Positions 50,405 to 63,640 of a stretch of DNA of 64,000 nt are shown here, in pieces. Source of the DNA: Lepidodermella squamata (Eukaryota; Animalia; Gastrotricha); contig JBLDXI010000036.1 of NCBI GenBank assembly GCA_047495785.1, forward strand, positions 1,240,001-1,304,000, read 5' to 3'. How positions within the stretch are numbered: position 1 is the first letter of the stretch; each line of letters opens with the position of its first letter. The notes below the pieces were generated by a model. That model ran no database searches. It was not told where the DNA came from and worked only from the letters and a program-made list of their open reading frames with translations. Both the position numbers and the translations under genes were made by a program.

Positions 50405-52335
50405 TCAAATCAAATTCGTCCATCGATCACGAAGCGTGTCATACATAGGATCAACAGGGAAGTCATCAAAAGCACATTCATCCCGTTTTTCATACAGCGA
50501 CATAAACCGCCGACCCGGTACAAGGCTCATGCGAGCAGGCGAAATGCCAAAACCACTAAAGCTGAACACCAGCCGTTGCATTTTCGTTAGAAACAGCCAA
50601 TCAACGTAGGTCTTCGCTCCATTCTGCCAGTTTCCATCTTGATTTTCACCTGAAATCATTGAAATTTTGTCGATATGACTCGGCTCCATATTCACCCTGA
50701 GTAGCTTCACGACTTTAAAATCGCTGTTCAAAAATACCGAAGTAAAATTTGATTGAAATGCAGACCAAGCGTTGTTATCGTCGGTCGTAACGAAAACAGT
50801 GTATTTTGTCGTTTGATTGACAGCATCCGAGTCGATTAGCCGCTTAGTTTCGTCGACAAAGCACTTGACGTAGTTGGGCTTGAACACATTGAAGCCGTCA
50901 ACAGCTACGAATTAGAGAAAAACATTTGAAAACACAAAACATTTGAAAGAGCTCGAACTCGAGGTTTCAAAAGTAGTTGGGTCAGATTCCAATACTAAGA
51001 CCTATAAATTACCTTTTAGATAAATAGCCTTTTGTTAAGGTAAACATTGGTTGCTATGGAAGCTTTCTGTTGCCACGCAAAGGTCTAAGGTGAAGCCGTG
51101 AAAAGTTCTCAAGTTACGGAGCAAAAAAGAAAGCTAGGATCTGAGATCTAACGATTCAAATACCAGCTATTGGAACACTATGGCTAATAGGTTAGCCTTT
51201 CCTAAAAGATCCTGTTTGACAGGTCAAAGCGGTAAGAGATTTGTTTTCAAGGTACTGTTGATAAGGTCAACAAAACTTACTATAAACACGAATTTGAACG
51301 CCAATTTTCTGTGAATTCTTCCAGAATTCGTGGCCAATCGATCTTGAGATGACATTGTCGAACAGCCGTTGAAGCTTTTGCTTAGGTCTCGAGAACAGCA
51401 CACGCAAAGCCGCAGCTATTGTCGCTCGATGGTCAATATCACCATATTTGAAAATACTCGGCATAACAGTCATCAATCGATCCATAAAATATTTGTTATG
51501 AAACAACGCGTCTAGGCCGATGTATCGATTTAGCATGACATTCAAGTTAGGAACATCGTGAAGAGCTGGATAGAAATCTGGCTCTTCAATAGTTTCGATC
51601 AAAGGTTCAGACGGAACTTCATCACTGTGCAGCAGCCATTCTGAAGCAGCTTGTTCCGCTTGACTGATTTCCGCCGGAAAATCGAACCCTGGGTACAGAT
51701 TTTTATTCACGTTGAAGAATTTTGAAATATCACCAGGCCCAGGCCAATCGAAGCGGAAAATTCGGTTGGTAGCTACGGCCAGGTAAAACCCGAAAACGGT
51801 CCCGCGAAGCCGGTCGCCCAAGCCGTAACAGCTGACCGATTTGATTTTGCAGTCTTTTGGAGGGTTTTTCCGGTAGACAAAGAACAACTCGTCGTAGCAG
51901 GTGAGATTTTTCGGGAAGTTGCAAGTCGATGTGACAAAGCGTGGTCGGAATCGGGTCAGCTTGGCATAGGAAGCAAATTTTGCAAAGTAATTTGTTTGAA
52001 GCTCGGATACGACTTCCTCGACGCGCCGATTCAATTCTGGATCTATGGCGTGTTCTTCGTAATTTTCAAACTGGGGCCTTTCATCGAAGCTCGTTATAAC
52101 GTCTTCGTCAGAAATATTAAAACTCTGAAAAATGTTCTGCTGAAAATTTCTCGCAAAATGAAAAATAATCTGAAATACTTACAACGGATTGAGAATCTTT
52201 TCCTGCTTGAGAATTGAAATACTTGAGGTCTTCGGGAGCTTTCCATTTCCACAGTGTTAAAATAAGAAAGACACATACGAGGGATAGGGCTAACTTGGCG
52301 GCATTAACCCAGCATTTAGGTCTAAACCTAGTCAT
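50405..52335 (-). CDS. GT-B fucosyltransferase (alpha-1,2/1,6/O-FucT superfamily), type II membrane protein
   Basis: Exons 52335-52183, 52124-51281 and 50904-50405. Motifs GLGDRL..F..A..TNR, IGVQIR, VFVTTDD and DWLFL....FSGFG. Confidence 0.8.
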
Positions 52336-53065
52336 AATTTCATGCGTAAATTTATATCCATCAAAAACATTATTTTAATCATTGAATGAGCACGCGTTTT
52401 AATCAATTTTTTCCACGCTCAAGTTGTTGTGAAAGCAGTTTGTTACACATTTTTCCATTGAATAATTTAGCTGGGATAATTCAGTGATTTTTGTTTACGC
52501 TGATCGATCAATATTATTGATTGGTTAGCTGTTCATCTGATCACATCTTAATCTGGTCATATCTTAATCTGCTGTTGAAGATGCTGGGATGAGCACATGG
52601 TGCGATCGTCAATCCTGAACATTCCAAGGATCCCAAATTGCTAAATTTTTAAATTTTATCTGATTCTTGTGGGTTTCTGGGTTTTCTTGCAACGACTTCT
52701 CGAGTTGGAGCTGCGTTACCCCCGATACCTAGGCGCTTGGTAAATAAGCACCCAACGCTGCTCGAATTGACCTGGGTTAGATTCATTCGAAGATGGGCTA
52801 AGATGATGAATTGTTTTCAGAGCCATTTCAGCGATTAGCGATCGGATAGGCAGCAGCCTAGGTACGTGTAACTTTTTCAATGTTTTCAGGGCCTTGAAAT
52901 GTTGTTGAAATTTCCGACACCTAATACTTGAAGTACCAAACGCCGAAACTAAAAATAATAATCCACCATCGAGGCGTATTTCCCACCACCTTGAAACATT
53001 TTTTGAGAATAATATAGATCGACATAATGGGATATCATTTTATGTGTTATTCTTTTCGCAGTTGT

Positions 53066-53421
53066 TTACGAGCTCTTTTTGTTCTTGCTTTGCTGTGGCT
53101 TCAATGCGAACAGGTGGGTACCGCTTGGGACAGGAATCTGCGTGGCGGTGCAGGCATTATAAAGGCGGCACGAGTTTGCCGGCCCAACTTCGAAGGCGGA
53201 ACAGTTGCCAGTACAGCTTTTGAGACATGTATAAAATCGAGGCCTATTGACAACTTTTGGAGTTTCCTCGCATGTTTTCAACTTTCGCGCGAAATCACTC
53301 AAATTTCCTGCGTGGTAACGTCAGAAATAATGAAGAGCAGGCAAGAAATTCAAGACTTACTAGCATGTACAGCAACGAAGCAGGCTAGAACTAAGATCAG
53401 AGCAAGACCTAAGGCTTTCAT
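53066..53421 (-). CDS. Secreted single PAN/Apple-domain peptide, paralog 2
   Basis: Exons 53421-53361 and 53307-53066. Signal MKALGLALILVLACFVAVHA, then C..CLKSCTGNCSAF..CRLYNAC. Confidence 0.8.
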
Positions 53422-53919
53422 AGTAAGTAAGATACTCGAAGTGGAAGTTAAAATTAAGAATTATGAAATGAGCTGGTAGCGCTATGGGCCCTGAAAACGG
53501 GTGCGCAAATGTTAACAGCTGTCGCGAACCTACGGCGAATACTTTACGGCGGATATTAGAGGTTGGTTTTTTTTCATGTTGGCAAGCTAAAATGAATGCT
53601 GCAAGCGCGAAAGAAGTTGCCTTCCGTGTGGATTCACGACAGCCGTAGCGCTACCAGCTCACTTCACCATATTTTATTTGAAATTTGATATCAATATCTT
53701 ACTGGACTGCAGGCTCCAACTGTTTCTACGATAGCCGATACCATTTGATGAATGCTTTCGATGCGCGAAAATCTGGATTCAGTGGCTAGTGGCTACCAAA
53801 CTTTCAAATTTCATTCTAGAGTCTCTTTCACGACTTCTGAAAATGCTAGAGAAGAGCCCAAGCGCTCCAAAGCACCAAAGACAGCTCCGGTGCTTGTTTT
53901 CATTTTAATGACTTACATC

Positions 53920-54004
53920 TCTTTGCCTGCCTTCGCCCTCTTCAAAACCGGAAACGGTAATGACGCTTAGTCATGGAGAGGCTAAAAAAATAAAACTATT
54001 ATTA
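53920..54004 (+). mobile_element. Severely 5'-truncated copy of the RTE-like LINE 3' end
   Basis: Matches 60768-60860; (ATT)n tail; TSD ttacatc. Confidence 0.8.
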
Positions 54005-54378
54005 TTACATCGAAAATGGGTTTCAGATTTGGAATGAGCGCGAAAAACTGCATTAGACCATGCAATGAACTCGAATTTGAACAAAATGTCGTAAGCTAAG
54101 GTTTTCACTTGTCGCGGCTCATTTTAATAATTCTACGAATTTCATGCGAAGAATTATCGCGCTCCATCTCCCGCAAAAAAGCTTATTACAGGCCTCGCTA
54201 AATTTGGGGATTAGTTCGAAGATGACGTATTTCCCACCACCTTGAAACACTTTTATTTGAGAATAAAATAGATCGATATATTATAGACAATAGGATTTTA
54301 TTATGTTTAATATTCAATGCGAACTTTCACCATTTAGTTTAATGTTAATATTTCACAGTTGCCCGCGTCTTGGATTTG

Positions 54379-54700
54379 TTATACCTTCACGAAAAGGTCG
54401 GTAAATATTTGAACATTGGTCTTGGTGCGGGTGCAGGCTGGATAATGGCGACAGACTCCTTTAAGATCCACGTGGAAGGCGGCGCAACCAGCATTACAGC
54501 TTTGGGAACATGGTAAAAACGACATCCCTCTAACCTCTTTGATAGGCTTCTCCTGACACGTGTAGATGCTCCGCTGGTAATTAGGGAACGCTGAATGGGA
54601 AAAAATCCGACAATGTTAACAAGTGTTATAACTCGAGACTTACCTCGCACAGCAGCGAAAAGATTAGAATTACGATCAGAGAAATAGCTAGGGTCTGCAT
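54379..54700 (-). CDS. PAN/Apple-domain peptide paralog 3 (frameshifted, or using a shifted acceptor)
   Basis: Signal exon 54700-54644 ends in phase 0. The PAN frame (CQEKP..CSQSCNAGCAAF..CRHYPAC) needs phase 1 at the homologous acceptor but is in frame at a CAG 17 nt downstream. Confidence 0.55.
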
Positions 54701-57430
54701 AGTTCGGCATAGTTACCCCACAGTTCGGCAGGCCAGAGTGAGAAAAACCCAAAAAATCACAGGGGGTGCCCTTTGGTTTTTCATAAAATTGTGGCCCGAA
54801 GATAGTTCGAGGATTTTACTTCGCGCACTCGAAGCATGGATTCGCCTTTTGCCGTACCGAGGATGTATTTCGTATAGATTTAGGCCGAAAACGTTGTAGT
54901 ACCGTGCAAGCTCGCAGTGGCTTTTTCTGTGCTCATTCCAACCTTATTAGGGTCAAGTCTCGCAAATGCCATTCCCTATCGAAAGCGGGACGTAAAAACC
55001 CAACATTCGCGATTCGCAACGTAAATCCAACAGAGCTGGAAAACTTGCAAAAATGTCGCACCTGGTGCGTGGGCAATTTTCAGGAAAGTAGGAAATTTTT
55101 AAGGTACATAGTGACGCCAACTTTGCGTGGCCGTTTTCAACCAAGCGGAACGGGATTCTGCGGCAAAATCAATTATTTCTTAATTATTTGCTGTAAATAA
55201 ATTAGTTAATGAAAGTTATTATTAATTTCATAAAGAAAATAATTAAATTTAGAGTTTCTATGGCGATTGGGATTGTTTATCGGCTGAAGTAGTCTCGCGT
55301 CGCCTCGCGTTTGCTGGTGCTGAGGCGTCAAGTGGCTAACGTGAGGTGGGTTAAGCTGGACTTGTACGTTTTCTGTTCGTTATCGGCCGATTTATCCGTG
55401 TTGTAGGTGTACGATCCTACTCCTGAGCATCCTCAAATTGTATAAACAGCCAGCCAAGTTCAGCACGCCTCAATATGCCTTCCTCAATCTTAAAACTTAC
55501 AAGTATCTGTGAAACATGCGGTATTGTTACTCAAGAGTAAACGAATTATCCCTTTCAATCTCATCCGTAGTTGAATTGCATCATTGAGATGGTGAACAAG
55601 AAATGATTACGAGTTCTGTTTTGTTCACATCTATTTATTGGCTATGCAAACAGGAATCGACAATCTATAATGCGAATTTAATCGATAATGCGAAAGATCT
55701 CACAGCAAGGTATCGTTCAACTCAGGAACTAAGGAGTCGTAGGTGACATAAATAAAAATGATCTGCCCACCAAGCTTTTTGTACTTTGTATTACAAAAAA
55801 CGAGGAAACAGTGATGGCTAATGGATAAATCGCACGACTCAATACTGTGAAAAACAATCTTCAAGACAGCTGGCTGCACAAAATAATAGACTAAATTTGA
55901 TCAAGTTGGAACGAGGAATTACGAAACCAAAGTAGTGTTAGATAACAAGTGAAATCAGACCAGCCGCCAGCAACTGAGCAACGAGGAGACGCATTTTTTT
56001 TTAACGAATTTCAGACAGACACCTCATGACTGTTATCAACTCCAAATAAAACCCTGCTAATCAACTCTAGTGAATTTCAAAGCAGGTAGATGAATGTAAT
56101 GATGCTGCCAACAAAAAACAGGAATAGATCATCGCACAGAGGAATCCGTAGTTTCGAGTACCAAGAAATAAGCTAAGCATGCCCGTTCACAAATTTCGCG
56201 GAAGAAGAATCGACAAGACGCAGTCCTAAATAAAGAACAATCACGCGAAACTGGTAGGGCATGACGGCGGGTGAAGCAATACCGTATAGATGAAATCACT
56301 CGAATTTTATGATTTTCAGGCAGAAAATTGTTGACCCAAGTTATTTAAATCAATTGTGAAAATTATAGATCTAATCTTATATCAAAGCAGGTATTCAAGG
56401 TCGCAAACACGGAACAATAGCAAGCTTCAAATACAAAGATAAGACCGGCCATCACTGCAATAGGTATCGGCAGTTGGAAAAACACCAGAGGAAGCTAAAG
56501 TTTTATAATGAACGGATGTTTTCATTCGACGAATGAGTTCCGAAGCGAAGCGCAGGCTGCGTTGAATTTGTTGAGTTACCTCGAAATTTGCGGCTAATCG
56601 ACTCACAATCGACTCGCAAATAGATTTCGACAAGGCTGAAACACAAATCAAATTGTAAATTCGATGAAAAAATGAGAAATAAATTAAAAATTTGATTGGC
56701 AAAATATCAGAATACAAAAAAGTCGATTGGGTGACTAAACAAGAGGGACATCTTTGAACTTGAGAGGATTAACTGAAGAAGATATTTTTTTCCAAATGAA
56801 ATTCCCATACATTTTCATTCCCTTAAATTTGCCAGAATTATTCGAAATTTATTCGCAATATGCAAATCAAAGAAATGGAAGAATTTATTTTTTCTATGCG
56901 AATCGTTTCAAGTGAATAAAACTCAAGCGTAACAGCAATTCCTTCGCAATTAAAGTTTTCGAAATTAGTAAATTTAACGATTCCAAGTATCGATTTTAGA
57001 AATCAGTAATTTTCCCGATATCAGCTGTCTTGGAACCTAACATCGATCATTTTTCTACGTAGCTTAGGGCACCATGTAGCTACGATACAAAAACCCAAGG
57101 ATCAGGGAGGGCATCAGTATCGATCAAAAAACGAAAACGCCTAAATCGCAAAAAATCTGAAAAATTGAGTACCAGGATGCTTAAATTCAGTGCTGGATCC
57201 TCATTTTTAGTTGTGGAAATATTTGGACCTAATTAGTAATGGTTGAGATACGATGTATTCAAGACGAAAATTACACATCGCCCATTCCTGATACCCAAAA
57301 TACAGGCTATATCCGGAAAGTAGCAACTTGACTAATGTTTAGTCTGACTTGCTTTGGAATCTCTTGAAATGAGTAAAAAATGTCGTGAAATCCGAAATAG
57401 ATGACAAAACCGTGTTCATAGGGCAGGCGT

Positions 57431-58900
57431 CGGTCTTAATTCATAACAAAACAATGCGATTTCATAGCGTTTTTCGAGCGTTTTCAAAAGCGTTCAGCAT
57501 TCAAGAAAGTTAGCATTTAGCATTGGAAAAAATATTACTTGGGTAAAATTGACAGCAAATAATGTGACGAGGCATCCGTAAATTCTTCCCGATTATTTGA
57601 CGATTTTATTGACTTTCTGCGCGGGCGGAAAAATGTGAAAAATTGCTACCAAGGGGATCGAAAAACGATTTTTCTATTCACCTGATTTAGACCGGATATA
57701 TTTTATTTGGAGGAGGGCGGTACATTTGAAAAATGGGTAACGAAGCCAGCGAAATGGGATGCCTTCGTCCACGAATTTTTGATACCGGTTAGATACAATT
57801 TTTGGGCCGGCGGAAAAATGTGAAAATTCCTATCTAAGACAGCGGCAGGCCGTGCCTCTACCCGCGGTTTTTCTCAATTTATAAATTCGGAATAGTGCAT
57901 TTTCCTCATTTTGGCGCATTATAGACTTCAGTACCTATTCTCACCGATTTACCGGGGAAACAAATAAGTTCACTGCGAGGAAACCACGACTAAAGCTCGA
58001 TCGGAATTAATCGGGAATTATCGGTATATTCAACTTAAGTGAAGTTAATCTGGATTCATCAGATTGTTCCTGCCAAAAAATGCCGGGGCGGCCTACGGCA
58101 ATCTATATGAAAATTTCTGGAATATATCGGAGAAAAGTCCGAGAAATTTTTCAGTAACCCTGGAATTTCAAAAATAAAATACCGAATTTTGCAGAATTTT
58201 CATTAAAGCTATCAACGAATAAATTCTGAAATTTAGGGCATGCATGCTGCTGAAATTAGACAAATTATGAGTGTTTTCGATGCAAATGTTTTGCAAATGG
58301 CAACTCAAAGATCCCGAACATTTTTTTTCGATGACAAATGATATTTAATTAATCGGCTGATAATTTTGCCCATCAGGTAAAAATAAGCAAATTCTTACCA
58401 ATTCATCGATGAGGCATGTTGACTAGATCTCGACGTATGATAGAGCCAGCGCCCTCATCAACCAATCATTCAATTGACATTCCTTCATCCCGAATCCCGA
58501 ATAACACGCGATCCTCTTTCATGGGTTGCTTGGGCCGGTGGTGGCGCCGGTGGTTGGCGACCCTGGTGCTGTTTTGTCACGCTCGCCGTAGTCGTGCTGG
58601 CGCATTCTGTGGAGGCCACGCTCGCTAATCACTGTGTTGAGCGCGAGAATGTAACACTTTCCAATCGACTCGAAAACTTGAAATGCGGCATCTGAAAATA
58701 AGAGAAAATAGCTTTGATGACGTGGGTTTTTTCATGATGCAATGTTTGTCGGGAAGTCCGAAGTTCGAGATGCATACGAAAAGATCCATATTTTTCCCGA
58801 AAAAAACCCGAATTTTGTCCGAATTTTGTAGATGGTGAATAAAAAAGCTTCAACTTGCCTAGAAAAATCAATGGTCTTTCACAGAATTTTGGTCGGTCAT
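57431..58900. repeat. Dispersed ~1.4-kb non-coding repeat, copy 1
   Basis: Colinear with 62281-63640; partial third copy at ~59390-59753 plus 60876-61040. Confidence 0.85.
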
Positions 58901-59753
58901 AGAAGGATAGAAAGCCAGGGATATTAAATAGGAAATAGGTGGTAATAATGCGCAGTTACGGTAAAAATGTATCTCTTCACACTTTTCAAAGCTGGACATA
59001 TATTTTTGTAAACAAATTTGAAATTGTAATGAGAACTACGAAATCAGACGACGTAACCCCATTTTTTATGCGGAAAAGAGGGTGCAAATTATCTGATGAA
59101 ATTTGGCAGGCACTGATCTTCCAATCGTAATACCGATTTTGGAACGCGAAGGAAATTGCTTTGAATGAGTCAAGAAATCGGAGGGCGACCTTCGTCAAAG
59201 AATTGAACCTCGATGCAAGGCCTTGCCGGCATCTATTCCTGTTTATAGCACGGCATTGAAACACCTTGGAATCCTAGAATCGTCCTTATTCAAGTCAACA
59301 CACCTTTCGCCATTTGCTGGAAAATATAGAAAATACCCCAAACCCTATTTTTCACTTGCTACCGGTCAAATAAAAATTAAGTCTATTTTCTTCGATGCAT
59401 TAATCAAAAAGGGAATCGGCTGATATTTTTGCCAATCAGATGAAAAAGGAATAAGAAAATTATTACCGATGGCTGGGACATGCTGACTGTATCTTGACGC
59501 TTGCTATGGGAGCCAGTTCACTCGTCAACCTGTTATTCGATTAGCAATCCTTGTTACCCGCCTAACACGCCTCGAGTTGCTAAGGCTGGTGGTGGTGCCG
59601 GTTGTGGTCGACGCTGGTGTCGCTTTGTCACGCTCGCCGTGTTGACGCATACTACGATGGCTACGCTCGCGCGAGAATGTCCCACTTTCCAATCGACTCG
59701 ACAATTTGAAAAATCATCTGAAAATAAGAAAATAGCTTTAATGACTTGGCTTT

Positions 59754-60862
59754 CCCCCGACGATGAAATTCTATTAGATAAAAATCCAAATTTAACGGAA
59801 ATTACTCTCACCGAAATTAAAAATGCCATCGACCACATGAAAAACGGTAAAGCCCCGGGTATAGATGAAGTAAGACCCGAAATGATCAAAGCTCTGAGCG
59901 AGGCCAATATTGAATGGCTCAGGGAAATTTTGAATCGAGCTTGGATAGATAAGAGGGTCCCAGAAGAATGGTCAACGGCTATAATTACCCCAATTTATAA
60001 AAATAAAGGTGAGAAATCAAAATGCCAAAATTAACTAAACTACAGAATTTCTAAGGCAGGCAGTGTTTTCGGCGCCATGAATAAATTCATGTGCAACAAA
60101 AGTCAGGTTTCCATAGTTACAAAACTTAAGGTACTGACATGTGTTATAATACCTACCATCATTTACGCCTGCGAATCGTGGAACATATCGATAGCCCAAG
60201 AAAATAGACTAAACACTATAGAATATCGATGGCTTCGATCTATAGTAGGTGTCCACCTAATGGACTATATTCCAAATATAGACATTCGACTTGCGTTATG
60301 CGGAGGTCTCATTGAAGTGAGCCGCATTGTTGAAAAACAAAGGCTAAGATATCTAGGGCACATAATTAGGTCACGTGACTATGACGTAGAAGGACTAATA
60401 CACAAAATATATATTTGGACGCCTCCGCTTGGGTGGTTTGCACCCAGAGGTAGACCTCGAACCAGATGGATCAACGGAGTGCATAGAAGCTTAATTAAAG
60501 TAGGTCTTACTAAGGAAATTCGCCGGAAAAAGAAAACCAATAAGAACAATAAGGTCAAGGATAAGAAAAATAAAGCCACCAAGAAACGAGAAAACAGAAA
60601 AAATCCCGGCGAAAAGGATTTTGAGATCAAAATTATTCCCGATGTCCAACTAGCGGAATCGGTTTCTTTTGAAAAAGATGAATGGCGCATGGTTGTTAAC
60701 TCGATTGAAAATTACGAATTCTATACAAAAAGCAGAATCCTCGACTGTGGGGGTGGGTGAGGATCATTCTTCGCCTGCCTTCGCCCTCTTCAAAACCGGA
60801 AACGGTACACGACGCTCAGTCCCGAAGAGGATAAATAAAAACATTATTATTATTATATTATT
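59754..60862 (+). mobile_element. 5'-truncated, internally deleted RTE-like LINE
   Basis: KNGKAPGIDE..PEEW..AIITPIYKNKG is joined directly to the C-terminal region (YACESW, RLRYLGHI, RGRPRTRW); (ATT)n tail; 13-bp TSD atgacttggcttt. Confidence 0.9.
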
Positions 60863-62280
60863 ATGACTTGGCTTTTTCGCGATGTAATGAGAAGGTGGAG
60901 GCCCATACGAAAATTTTCATAAATATCTCGCAAAGAAGCCGGAATTTCGTTCAACGTTGTGGACATTGTAAAATTTGAGACCTCTCATGTTAGCCGAAAA
61001 ATTATGATCAGTCTTTCATTCAATTTTTGTCAGTCATAATTCATCACTTGAATGGGAATATCAATTTTTAGGGAACTTGTGCCAATGAAAGTAAACCGAT
61101 CAAGCCAATCTACCCGGGAAAAAAATATTCATGGGTCTGAATTATTTAATTGCGGCTAGATTATTTTTCGACGTTCATCAATTCTTTACATACGACATAA
61201 TATTAGTATAGACTGTCTACTCACGGGAAAAGGTGTTTAACGCCATGCCTATATGATTCTAAAATTCTAAAGGAAAAATTCTCGAAACCTTCCAATTATT
61301 CTAATTCTAAGGCTAATTATTAGTGATCACCTTTCTCGAAATGTGTCCTAAAAACGACCGAGCGATGACAAAATGAAATACCGATTTGTTTCAAATTTGC
61401 AATTTTTGAAAATTCAAAATGAAAATTTTCAAATTCAAGAAGCCTGAAAAAAACAGAGGAAATAATTACCGATGGGTCATTGATCGATGCCGACGAAAAT
61501 TGGCGTCTGATATCACAGCCAGAATCTTGATCGTGTCGCCATTCGATTTCAAATCCGGCTGAGCAGAAAACTTGCGGACATAGGGGCCTGCTTCCGCTTT
61601 TGCGTTGCTAGGCCACACTGCGATTTGTGCCCACTTCGCCGATTTGTGCCCACTCTAGATGGCAACGATGTTGAGGTGGACAAGTCCCAATTTTCAACGG
61701 CGTCGGATAGCGACCCGCCATCTATAAAGAACGATGAAAAACAATAAATTGGAAAAATCAACACAGAAAGTTCTTAATTTAAAGTGATTGTAGACAGAGT
61801 ATCGATGCTCCAAGGCTAACATTAGGTCTTCAAATTGTATAAAATCTACCTTAGATGGCATCTGAACTCATGTCTTATTAAAAAAAAACAGCGAGCGGAA
61901 AAAAATAGTTCGATTTCATCTAAGATCTAATTAAGGTATGCAGCTCTTCACGGCTTTTTTCATAGCGAAGTTGGTAGCTTTCTAATATTTCAAAGTTTCG
62001 CAGGAAATGTGAACATTTTTCTAAATTATTCGACCTCTCATTAACCCCCAGCCACGTCCTTGATCCGTAATTTCACCGAAGAAATAACAAAATTTACCAG
62101 GGAAAACCGGGAAAAAGCTTCACTATAAAAAAAAGTTCGCTATTTAGCACGGCCGGTTATTTAGGATAAAAATTACAACAATTCCGAATTGCTAAATATC
62201 AGAAAACTATTTAGAATAATCGCGGGTTATTTATCCTGAGTAACATAGGGAAAAATGGAGTTTAGGGTGTCCAAAATAGT

Positions 62281-63640
62281 CGGTCTCAATTCATAACAAT
62301 ACAATTCGATTTCAAGGCGTTCAGAAAGTTGGCATTTAACACTGAAAACATATTATTAGGGGAAAATTGACCGCAAAAAGGTGAGCATAAAATCCGTAAA
62401 TTATTCCCGATTATTTGAAGTTCATATTTATATTTCTGAGCGGGCGGAAAAAAGTGAAAAATTGATAGCGAGAGGATCGAATGAGGATGTCTTTATTCAC
62501 GAATTTTCCTGATTTTGGACCCGGTCTATTTTATTGAGAGGGCGGTAAACTTGAAAAAAACTTGAAAAAGGGGTACCACAGCCAGCGAAATGAGAAGCCT
62601 TCGTTCACAGAATATTTGATTTTTGACGGGTTAGATTAATTTTTTGGACTGGTGGAAAAATTTGAAAAATTCATAGCAAAGACAGCGGCATGCCATACCT
62701 CTACCGGCGATTTTTCTCAATTGATAAATTCGGAATAAACTCATTTTCCTAATACTGACGCATAATAGCCTTCAGTACCTGTTCTCAATGATTTACCGGG
62801 GAAACAAACAAGACAACTGAGGAAACCGCGACTAAAACTCGATCGGAATTAATCGGAAATTACGTCTATGGTTTTTCAATCAACTTAATCTGGTTTCATC
62901 GGATTGTTCCTGTAAAAAATTTCTGGGCGACCTTCGGTGATCTATACACAAATTTCGGAAATCAATCGGAGAAACGCCCGTAACCCTGGAATTTTAATAA
63001 TAAATAGCTGAATTTTCGCTAAACTTTCATTAAAGCTATCAAGGAATAAATTCTGAAATTTCGGGCATGCATGCCGCTGAAATTAGACCATTAAAAAATT
63101 ATGAGTGTTTTCGATGCAAATGGTAACTCAAAGATCTAGCACATTTTTTTCGATGATAAATGATAATTAAAAAGGTAATCGGCTGCTAATTTTGCCCATC
63201 AGGTAAATTTAAGCAAATTCTTACCAATTCATCGATGAGGCATGTTGACTAGATCTCGACGTATGATAGAGCCAGCGCCCTCGTCAACCAGTCATTCAAT
63301 TAACATTCCTGCTACCCGAATAACACGCGATCCTCTTTCATGGGTTACTTGGGCCGGTGGTGGCGCCGGTGGTTGGCGACCCTGGTGCTGTTGTCACGCT
63401 CGCCGTAGTCGTGCTGGCGCATTCTGTGGAGGCAACGTTCGCAGTTCACTGTGTTGCGCGCGAGAATGTAACACTTTTCAATCGACTCGGAAAATTGAAA
63501 TGCGGCATCTGAAAATAAGAGAAAATAGGTTTAATTACGTGGGATTTTTCATGATGGAATTTTAGTCGAGAAGTCCGAAGTTCGAGATTCGAGATGCATA
63601 CGAAAAGTTCCATATTTTTCTCGCAAATTGAGTGGAATTT
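62281..63640. repeat. Dispersed ~1.4-kb non-coding repeat, copy 2
   Basis: Colinear with 57431-58800. Confidence 0.85.

Noticed and set aside
55560-56720. Coding-like purine-rich stretch
   Set aside because: The frames I read were interrupted by stops and I recognised no family.
58416-58695. Short ORFs repeated at 63242-63565
   Set aside because: Frames shift between repeat copies, so coding is not conserved.
60768-60835. Hammerhead ribozyme in the LINE 3' end
   Set aside because: The CUGAnGA core is absent on both strands, and the GAAA is a tetraloop rather than a junction strand.
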